A stretch of 64,000 nt of DNA from Euprymna scolopes. Its lineage: Eukaryota. Below the pieces are notes generated by a model. That model searched no databases. It saw only the letters and a list, made by a program, of their open reading frames with translations, and was not told the DNA's origin. Location of the stretch: NCBI GenBank assembly GCA_053919585.1, contig CM132802.1. The stretch is one strand, 5' to 3'. Position numbers and translations under genes: made by a program. Below, piece by piece: positions 55,095 through 64,000 of the stretch. Position 1 is the first letter of the stretch. The number at the start of each line of letters is the position of its first letter.

Positions 55095-55102
<8 letters not shown>
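54924..55102. repeat. Near-perfect AT-rich palindrome (~88-bp arms) abutting (TA)n
   Basis: Centred on cagttt-atg-aaactg at ~55013. Outer ends are atattaaataatgtgatttataa and ttataaatcacattatttaatat. Confidence 0.85.
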
Positions 55103-55166
<64 letters not shown>

Positions 55167-55448
55167 GTTTATATGTTCCAATTTCAAAATAAATTTTATG
55201 GTTTGAACCAAAGAATATTTTTAAAATGTAATTAAAACATTGTAATTTAAAAATTGTGTTCTTTGGTTCAAACAATAAATTCATATTTTGAAAAGTGATT
55301 CTTTCTAAATGGAATTTTAACATATAAACTAGAACCTTTATTCGTTCTATCAAGTATATTAAGCAATTTTATTTGGCTGGGATTGTCTTATATGAATACT
55401 TTCTTTCGAATTTAGTGATTCCAATAGATATATCACCTACCTCTCTAC

Positions 55449-55515
<67 letters not shown>

Positions 55516-55840
55516 CTACTTCATTTACTCACATTTATCTGCTTTTACAAAGATTTTATTAGAGTTGTTTATGTTTCTAACGATTTTGTGTAGTTTCCGT
55601 TGGAAATTGTTAGGTTGATTGTGGATTTTTAGGTTTTTAATTACGTTTAAAATTATGTATATAAAAAAAGGAAAACGTCTACCTTAAACCACTAACCTAG
55701 TTCTAAAACAGATCATTTGTTCGATAAAATGCATGCCCATTGGCTGATAGGAAGGGGCACGGTGGATACTAGAAAGCTGATTGGCTAACTAAAAATCCTC
55801 AACATATATAAAAACAAGAAACAACTACCGAATTCGCGCA

Positions 55841-55893
55841 TAAACCTGACGAATCCTATAGTGGATGAAACGCAGAATATTCAGTGTAGCTTA
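55841..55893 (+). ncRNA. Type I hammerhead ribozyme, family A (one mismatch in stem I)
   Basis: TAAAC-CTGACGA-ATCC-tatagt-GGAT-GAAA-CGC-agaatattca-GTG-TA^GCTTA, inside a family A segment at about 55660-55897. Confidence 0.8.
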
Positions 55894-56120
55894 ATCGNNN
55901 NNNNNNNNNNNNNNNNNNNNNNNNNNNNNNNNNNNNNNNNNNNNNNNNNNNNNNNNNNNNNNNNNNNNNNNNNNNNNNNNNNNNNNNNNNNNNNNNNNNN
56001 NNNNNNNNNNNNNNNNNNNNNNNNNNNNNNNNNNNNNNNNNNNNNNNNNNNNNNNNNNNNNNNNNNNNNNNNNNNNNNNNNNNNNNNNNNNNNNNNNNNN
56101 NNNNNNNNNNNNNNNNNNNN

Positions 56121-56580
56121 NAATATATAAAAGGCTATATATCTCTTTGTCTATCTGTCTCTGTATTTTCAAACTTCATCTCTCCCGAAACTAAAAGTCA
56201 TAGAGCGGCGCTATGGGCCTCAAATGATTGCGTTTTCTACGGACCTTTCTTTTATGGGTCTTATAATTAAATAATAATTATAATTAAATAATTTTTAAAG
56301 CGGTCAAAACTGGGTCAAACTTGAAAAAATCGTTACACATTTTGTACATTTATCTTATCTTTTTTTTAATCATTTTTAATTTTAAGTTAATAGGCGTGTT
56401 ACGATACAGTGGTAACGTCACCAGCTTTGAATGCTAGAGTTTTGCTTTCGGTTTCGATTTTAACTGATGGCACTCAAATACTTTTTTTATTTTTACTTTA
56501 GAAATCACGGCTCTATAATAATATATACGAAATCTGGACAAATGAAAATATCATATTTAAGCGTATTTTACGACCAGTCA
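56121..56580 (+). mobile_element. Helitron-like non-autonomous repeat, family H2, bounded by two N gaps
   Basis: Colinear with 59991-60435 (shared tacagtggtaacgtcaccagcttt and aaatatcatatttaagcgtatttt). (CTGT)-type 5' microsatellite. Confidence 0.55.
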
Positions 56581-57172
56581 NNNNNNNNNNNNNNNNNNNN
56601 NNNNNNNNNNNNNNNNNNNNNNNNNNNNNNNNNNNNNNNNNNNNNNNNNNNNNNNNNNNNNNNNNNNNNNNNNNNNNNNNNNNNNNNNNNNNNNNNNNNN
56701 NNNNNNNNNNNNNNNNNNNNNNNNNNNNNNNNNNNNNNNNNNNNNNNNNNNNNNNNNNNNNNNNNNNNNNNNNNNNNNNNNNNNNNNNNNNNNNNNNNNN
56801 NNNNNNNNNNNNNNNNNAAGAGAAATTTACATAATTTATATCGGCGGATTCAGAAGAAATGGAAATAATAATTTGATGTAATGTTGAATAGTACTCTATG
56901 ACATTTCTCTCTCTCTCTCTCTCTCTCCCCCCTCTCTCTCTATGTCTATCTATCTCCATCTATCTATCTATCTATCTATCTAGATCTATATACTAAACTA
57001 ACAGTTAACCTTTGGGTTATTATATGTTGTATCTAGCAATGGAGTAGTTAATATCCAGAATTAATGTTTAATACTCATAACGACAAGAAAATATTTTAAA
57101 AAGAAATAAATTGATCAAGTGTTTGTTTTGTATCAGAAAAACATTTCTGTGAAAGGATATTAAAATGAAAAA

Positions 57173-57213
<41 letters not shown>

Positions 57214-57214
<1 letters not shown>

Positions 57215-57821
57215 TGCAAAGGCTGCTGGTAAGAAGATTGGTTCGCTCTATCAAGCCAGAAGACTAATCACGTCTGAGCGTATCCTGTACCTTTACAAGG
57301 CCACAATTCGCCCATGTATGGAGTATTGTTATCACATCTGGGCTGATGCATCTACCACTAGTCTCTCCCTCTTAGATAAAGTCCAAAAAACAATTGTCAA
57401 TCTAATCGGTTCCACTTTATCGACTAAGCTCCGGCCCCTGTCCCATCGCCGCAATGTTGCATTACTGTGCCTGTTTTACAAATATTTTAATGGAATGTGT
57501 TCTGATGAACTTGTTTCACTTGTACCCCCTCGACGTACATATCCCCGACAAACCCGCTTAGCAATAAGATCTCACCCCTTCACTGTTGTTGTAATTAAAT
57601 GCCAGAAAGCTTTCTATTCTAATAGTTTCTTCCCTCGAACTGATAGACTTTGGAATTTCCTTCCTGCTACCTGCTTCCCTGGTTGTACTGATATGCAGAA
57701 GTTTAAATGTAACGTAAACAAATATCTTGTTAATCTTTCCTAAACATGGCCCCAAATAGTAGCCCCTTACGTTCAAGTGGCAATATGCTTTGTAAGGGGT
57801 GGACATGAGTAAAACATTAAA

Positions 57822-57823
<2 letters not shown>
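57214..57823 (+). mobile_element. CR1/L2-like LINE 3' fragment flanked on both sides by (GATA)n
   Basis: ORF 57318-57743 (MEYCYHIW...PLSHRRN...SFFPRTDRLWN), same subfamily as 45300-46290. Confidence 0.9.
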
Positions 57824-57858
<35 letters not shown>

Positions 57859-57976
57859 GTCGTTTCAATATTAAACTTCGTTATCCTGACAGCAATTACA
57901 GTACATTGCAAGGCGCCTCTCTCCCATGTTAAGAAAGGATACCTAAGATAATAACGCTATAAGTACCTATTTACTA

Positions 57977-58166
57977 TGCCTCCCCACGGGACAGAGTTAG
58001 ACACCAGGGTCGTTTTTTTAACGTGGAGAAAAGGTACAAAAATAAAAATTGTCTCAGTCGTGAAGGATTTCTCCTCCACAAAAGACAACGATAAATGGAA
58101 CTGCCGCATCTGAAGAACGGATACTACACTTTGATCTTGGCCAAATAACGCTATTATGTAAGCGTA
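57977..58166 (-). pseudogene. U2 snRNA-derived sequence (divergent variant, pseudogene or captured fragment)
   Basis: 58145-58113 reads TTTGGCCAAGATCAAAGTGTAGTATCCGTTCTT, closely matching the conserved U2 5' region including the branch-point recognition GTAGTA. Downstream are an Sm-like AATTTTTATTTTTG and hairpins. Confidence 0.65.
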
Positions 58167-58297
58167 CACCGTAAGCTGCATACGTATGTGCGGAAAAAAA
58201 ATCCATTTTTTTTTTTTTTTTAGCAGATTTTGTTTTGTTTTTGACGGATGACATACTAAATAGTTTCCCAGTGGAGAAGAAAGATAAGTAAAATCAC

Positions 58298-59639
58298 TAG
58301 GCACCGCCAAAAATGGCCGCAAAATCAAGTTGTTGTTGTTTTTTAAAACTAAATTACATTTATTAAAATCCATTATTTCTGAGTAACTTTTTTTTTCCAG
58401 AAAGATAAAACCCTGAATTTTATCATATAGAAAACAGAATAATGTAAAACTTTTTCTACTATTTTTAATTAAATTTTAAATGTTAAATTTTCCCAAAAAG
58501 TTAACAATTGACATTTTTTGTCTTGCACAAAAAACGTACATAAATATTTAAAAAAAAAAGGTTTTTGAAATAATTAATTTATTTATTTATTGTCTAACTA
58601 AGATTTAGGATGATTTTCTAAGAGAATATGCAAAAATATTATAATATAAGTACCTGAATTTCAAATAATTCCACTTATTCATATAGCTAACCAGATATTT
58701 CGCGTCGATTTCGCGACTCTGTTTACGTTTGCGGCTGATAAGGAGAAAACTATGGAAGACCAAACAGGCCAAAAAAACTTATTTTTCAGTGACGAAAATT
58801 TCAATGTATTATTAAGCTGAGGCTGGCCAGTACCAGATGGGTGACCATTTGTATGAGTTTGGTTTTTAATGTGTATGTGTGTGGGGGCCAGGCTCCCCAA
58901 AATGGGGTGGGGGGCAATTTAAAGCAGAATAAAAAAAAATTATTTCAGCGCGTTTGGTCCACCGTAGTCGAAAGGCGGCAAACGTTTTCAAACGGGATCG
59001 AAAAAAATGATGCTATTTTTAACACAAAGGGCACAATATTTATCGAATTTTTTTTTTGTATCGATTATTCAAAGCATGCCCTGTTTAATAATGGTCATGC
59101 ATTATTCGGCTCGCTAAAAAAAAATTGTTAATTTATTTATCAAAAATTTTAAAATGGCTTTTTTCGTATAAATATTAAAAAATTTTTTTTTTTGTTTTGC
59201 TTAACATAAATTAATTATTTTACTTAACATATTCACCGAATTTCACACTTCAAAACTCAAAAGCGGGATAATTAAACACGATCGAAGTTCTGATATTCAG
59301 ACGTCAAAATAAGGTATGCAAACAAGTTTTTTTTTTTTTTTTTTAATCTATAATTCTGTCCCTTACAACAACACAATATGTTTTGTTCAGTTTCAGATGA
59401 TCATTTTAAGCATATTTGTTCCCACTTCAAAACAAGGGGGGGTTTGTAAGCAAAAAAAAATATATATATAAATATCGTTTATGAAATATAAGTACACTGT
59501 TATAAAGTTCATTCTTCTCCTAATAATCGCTGAAAATTTCGTATTGATCGGATAATTACCTGATTTTTGGTAGATTTTTAAAAAGACGGTCCGTCAAAAA
59601 GTACTGACCTGCCCCCCCCCCCAGTTTTGGCGGTGCCTA
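58298..59639. mobile_element. Non-autonomous hAT-type DNA transposon, 1342 bp
   Basis: 15-bp TIR TAGGCACCGCCAAAA / TTTTGGCGGTGCCTA and perfect 8-bp TSD AAAATCAC (58290-58297, 59640-59647). No recognisable transposase ORF. Confidence 0.9.
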
Positions 59640-59990
59640 AAAATCACTTAACCTACAAGAAAAGTGCGCCACCGTCGATAAATATTCGAAGTGAAACGAC
59701 TATACTAATAACACATGTTGTATTCTACACTAATTTTTGTATTCTATTCTTTCGTTTTTCGTTCGCTCGTTTCAACTTTCTGTTACTTAAAACAATACGG
59801 GAAAGACACGTGCTTGGCGTTCTTCATCTCCTCTCTCAAGACTCCTTTTCTTTTTCTTTTTTATTTCTGATGCAACACAACAATGTCATTGATGTTCACC
59901 TGCGTTTCAAACGTCATCGATTTACACAAGTACAGGTCAGGAAGAGTCTCGTACATAATTGAGAACTACTTAAAAAGAATCGAATCAGAA

Positions 59991-60560
59991 TCTAATTTAT
60001 AAAACTCACTACGTCTGTCTGCCTGTCTGTCTTGCTGTCTGTCTCCATATTTTTAAATTCTATCCTCATCCAAAACTAAAAGTCGCAGAGAGACACCCAG
60101 AGGATTTTTTATGAACTGTTCTTTTATGGGTTTTTAGACGGTTAAAAAAAATTTTTAAGGGGTCAAAAGGGGTCAAAATTGAATACATGTTAAAACATTT
60201 TGTACATTCATCTTAGTTTATTTTTAATTGTTAGTCAGTTTATATGCGTGTCACGTTGGTACAGTGGTAACGTCACCAGCTTTGTATGCTTCGATTTCGA
60301 TTCTAGCTGATTGCACCCAAGTACGTGTTTTCCACTTTTGAAATTACCACTCTGTAATAATATATACGAAATCTGGATTAATTAAAATATCATATTTAAG
60401 CGTATTTTCCGCCCGGCCAAAGCGCCCTCCCCGCTACTGAAGCTCACTGGGTATGTCTGTCTGTTTGTCTCCATAGTTTAAAACTCTATCTCTACCGAAA
60501 CTAAAAATCACTAGGGGTTTCAGACGATTATATTTTTTATGGATCGTTTTTTATAGGTCT
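59991..60560 (+). mobile_element. Helitron-like repeat, family H2 (59991-60435), plus a partial tandem copy (60440-60560)
   Basis: Starts TCTAATTTATAAAA, has a (CTGT)n tract, and is colinear with 56121-56580. Confidence 0.55.
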
Positions 60561-60562
60561 TA

Positions 60563-60714
60563 TCCTAACTCTAATCTTTACTCTAACGCTAACTCTTAGA
60601 CTAATCATAACTTTAAGAGTAATCTTAACCCTAGCTATTAACCTAATATTTAACATAAACCTAATTCTACCTCTAACCATAATCCCAACCGTAACCAATC
60701 CTAACCTAATCCTA
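60563..60714 (+). repeat. Degenerate (CCCTAA)n-like hexamer repeat
   Basis: 6-bp periodic ctaact/ctaatc/taaccc/ctaacc units. Confidence 0.6.
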
Positions 60715-61102
60715 TGATATTTGTGCTTTTGGATTTTAAACTTTAATTCTTATATAAAAATAATTTTATAAAATCAACAGTAGTTTATCTTCAGTGCAAT
60801 GTAACTAAAATGTATGGTTGACTAAGTCACTGCTTGAAGGCACATGCATTTTCTTACTGGTGTTGTCAAATAGAGCAGACAATCAATTAATCGATTTGTT
60901 TGAAAAAATGGGCAATTACACCAATTCCGAGGGCAATAAAAATATGGTGTGAAATATCCATCGATTTTCATTCAATCTCGAGTAACAAAATAGATCTCTA
61001 CAGAAACATGTATGCACATATGTAGTTAATAATGTTTGTATTGATAAACATATATATATATATAAATAAATTACAGAAAAAAATAAAATAAATATATTTA
61101 TA

Positions 61103-61863
61103 TCTATATATCTATAAAAGTGAAATTGGCTCTGTGTGTGTGTCTGTGTGTGTACATTTCCCTACCAAATTACTCTGCCAATTTTCAGTCTACGGACTCG
61201 AGATTTTACATAAAAAGTACTGAGAGGTGGGAAAATCTTTTTAATCGGTTTTCGGCCAGAAATTTTGCTGTCAAGGGATCAAAGTTCAACTCTACTAAAC
61301 TCCTCTCCCAGTTTTGGATCTAAACACTTGAAATTTTAGATGTAGGTTACTTAGACATGGATCTCACATTTTAACTTGATTTGAGCCCAAATCAATAAAT
61401 GTTAAGCGGTCAAAATTTGGATCAAAGTTAACAAAAATTTGACATCTGCGGTCTCTACATTTGAAATTTTACATAAAAAATATTCAGACATAAAGCAAGC
61501 TTTTTAATCAGTTTTTGCTACCAAAGAGTCAATGCTCAAAAGATGTTTCCTTTGCAGTCTCTAGTAAACTATTCAGCCAATGTTGGGTCCAAACATATGA
61601 AAATTTAACATAAATGGTATTTAAACAGTCAGCAATTTTTTAATGAGTTTTTGAATGAAAATGTTGTTGCCAAGAGGTCAAAGTTGAAAGAGTTGACCTT
61701 TGCAGAATCCACCAAAGTCCTTCGCCAATTTTGGGTCTAAACATTTGAAATTTTAGATGTAGGTTACATATACATGAGTCAAACTTTTTAATACATACGT
61801 ACATATGCACATAAAGTTATGAACAGTGCATAGGAGTCGAGCAAAGCCGGGCTGATCTACTAG
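61103..61863 (+). mobile_element. Non-autonomous Helitron-like element, family H1, longer variant with internal duplications
   Basis: Starts TCTATATATCTATAAAAG, has a (TG)/(CTGT) tract and a body similar to 44166-44604, and ends gcaaagccgggc...CTAG followed by T. Confidence 0.75.
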
Positions 61864-62210
61864 TATAAATATATTTGTCAAAAAAAATTCTATGAGGAAG
61901 AGATGTTATAAACGCTCGTAATACCTAGGCATTCTATAAACTAATGCTTCTCGTCAGAAGAGGAGAGGGGAGCGAGGTTATAGATTATATAAAAAAATTT
62001 AGGGTAAAGGGAAACGTGTATGGCGTTCCATAACTTGGGTGTGTTGAGGCTTAATATGGGTCATTGGGGTTATAATAATGGTTGTATTCTAATTCTAGGT
62101 GTAGAGCGTGGAGAAAAGTGTCAAAAATACATAATGTAATAATAAATGACATAATGGATCAAGGAATAGAAATGAAATAAAATATGTGGATACACTGTAT
62201 ATATTGATAA

Positions 62211-62664
62211 CTAGACTGGGTGCCTGACGTTGCCCGGGTGTTTGGACTTGTGCGTAGAGCAAATAAAAAAAAGTGGTAGTAACCAGGCAGGCTCGAACTC
62301 GTTCCCCAAAGAAGGAAAAGAACGTGAAAAAAAAAACTTGACGTTTTTTTTGCTGTTGCGCCCATCGTCAAACCGGAAGTGACGAAAGTGTGATTTAAGG
62401 ATGGTCAATTGAAAAGAGGGGATGACTTTCGAAAATACGTCGAAAAACGCGATCCCTTCCTGTAGAAAAGTGCCCAGTTGAGGGTGAAGAAATTAATGTT
62501 TTGGGCCAATTTTTCGATATTTGTCATCCAAAGGGTCGCACTTCAAAACAATACCGATCTCGTGAAAATGTGTTTCCTGTGTCGAAAGTTTGAGACATAC
62601 ATACATACATACATACATGCATGCATGCATGCGTGCATTTAAACAGACAGGGGAGATTTATATG
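62211..62664 (-). mobile_element. Helitron-like element with an H1-type 3' end and a different body
   Basis: Minus strand ends aaacacccgggcaacgtcaggcacccagtCTAG. (TATG)n tract near the putative 5' end. Confidence 0.6.
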
Positions 62665-62689
62665 AAAATTCAGTGTTATTGTTATACAT

Positions 62690-63185
62690 CTTATGAGATG
62701 ACTGACTATTTTTTATGATTTCAAGTTCAAATGAACAGCTACAACAGGAATTGGAATGCACCCTACTAAAGCCTGATTGTCACATCTGGTGAATTTCAAA
62801 AATACAATCTGAACGTGAGGACACTTTAAAAGTACAATATGCAATAAAATTTCTTGTCGCATCCTATTTGACCAAGGTAGACATCAGTGCAATTGCTCAT
62901 CTTTCCTATAGTCCAGACCTTGCTCCCTGTGACTTTTTGCAATTCCCTAAGCTCAAGGAAAACCCTAGCGGCTGTCGTTTTGAGAAAATCGAGGAGATGA
63001 AAAAAGGCTTTGATGAAGGTATTGACCCACCCACACAAGAGGATTTCTATGACGCCTTGTTGGAACGATACAACAAGTGCATTGCAGACGGAGGAGATTA
63101 CTTCGAAGGGAACTAGTATTACATGTGTGTACTATCAATTAAAGTTTTTATATGAAAAAGTGTAAAAACTTATCTAAGGCATCAT
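62690..63185 (+). mobile_element. Internally deleted mariner element with a C-terminal transposase fragment (62868-63116)
   Basis: HLSYSPDLAPCDF...FPKLK...RYNKCIADGGDYFEG, containing the mariner YSPDLAPxD motif. Outer limits are approximate. Confidence 0.85.
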
Positions 63186-63594
63186 TTTTTTTTTGTGGAG
63201 CGGCACTATTTTCCTGTTGCGATAGATGATGCGGAAATTATGTAGCAGACATTTTTGTCGACGTGTACAAATATTCGAACTCTGATAACACATGTTCTGT
63301 TCTCATGTATTTTATTTTTTTATTTCTTTCCTGTGTTATTCTTTGTATATTTGACATTTTTTGTTGGTTTTTTATTCGTTCATTTCCTTCAAATATTTTC
63401 ATTGCTGTTAGTTTCTTTTTTCTCTTCTTAGAATGGATATATTTCACAGAAAAAAAACAGAAAGAAAAATTAAACAAAACTGAAGAATGTGTTTTTAATA
63501 ACATATAAATTCGAAGGGAGAGGAAGGTGGTCAAGTTGTTAATCACACGCACTGACAATCTGGGTTTTCTAATGAATGAAGTCACTGTCACTGA

Positions 63595-64000
63595 AGATGT
63601 TGGCAACCTTTGCACATACTCCCTTTTGGAATTAGCTGATGTTTTTCTTGAAAAAGAATTCTGGCCAGAATTAGCAGGATCAACTGCTTCTAGTAGCAAC
63701 TGCCCAGATGTGGCAACAGTATTCCATCATTGACCGTACCTGGCTTTTATATAGGTAAAAAAAGAATTCTGGCCAGAAAAATATCAGGGAAACCAATGCC
63801 AACAATAATATTTTTTAAGATGTTGGCAACCTTCAAATGCTCCCTTTTTTTAATTAGCAGGATCAACTGCTTCTAGTAGCAACTGCCCAGATGTGGCAAG
63901 AGTATTCCATCATTGACCATACCTAGCTTTTATATAGGTAAAAAAAGAATTCTGGCCAGAAAAATATCAGGGAAACCAATGCCAACAATAATATTTTTTA
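63595..64000 (+). repeat. 183-bp tandem repeat running off the right edge
   Basis: ttagcaggatc at 63671 and 63854, and attccatcattgacc at 63721 and 63904. Confidence 0.85.

Larger units (their letters stand above)
42192..56817. other. Six N runs: 42192-42324, 51625-51774, 52070-52212, 54629-54796, 55898-56120, 56581-56817
   Basis: Directly visible. Their content is unknown. Confidence 0.98.
42655..57858. repeat. Dispersed microsatellites. (TA)n at 42655-42710, 42891-42950, 43707-43736, 49923-49973, 50363-50430, 52491-52561, 55099-55162 and 55455-55514. (GATA)n at 57173-57213 and 57824-57858. Also (CA), (TG) and (TC) tracts.
   Basis: Directly visible. Confidence 0.95.

Noticed and set aside
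51481-56959. ORFs spanning N runs or (TA)n tracts
   Set aside because: They are open only because of Ns or low complexity.
61445-61480. Similarity of the satellite monomer (ctacagttgaaagtt) to the Helitron body (ctacatttgaaattt)
   Set aside because: The match is too short and AT-rich to support a derivation without alignment statistics.
63238-63733. ORFs 63238-63699, 63263-63508 and 63527-63733
   Set aside because: They are low-complexity or overlap the 183-bp repeat, with no recognisable protein features.

Overview
AT-rich, repeat-only eukaryotic DNA, probably from an invertebrate animal (inferred from the element types; the organism is not identifiable here). No intact host gene is supported. 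Bases 1-40752 are one unidirectional array of about 970 copies of a 42-bp satellite (consensus AAGTTCAT(T/C)AGCAACCTACAGTTGAAAGTTAAAAATTTGATT) with clear kb-scale higher-order duplications. All the long ORFs there are by-products of a 14-codon monomer. Bases 40753-64000 are a nest of decayed mobile elements: CR1/L2-like, RTE-like and R4/Dong-like LINE fragments, non-autonomous Helitrons, a hAT MITE with intact TIRs and TSD, mariner remnants, microsatellites and six N gaps. The most notable signal is non-coding. There are about a dozen type I hammerhead ribozyme motifs in three sequence families, several with complete cores and stems. They sit in fold-back (inverted) arrangements typical of Penelope-like element ends, and two families abut (TA)n. 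One family is fused to a tRNA-derived Pol III promoter, which looks like a hammerhead-carrying SINE mobilised by Penelope-type machinery. A U2 snRNA-derived structured segment is also present. All calls were made by eye, and most element boundaries are approximate.
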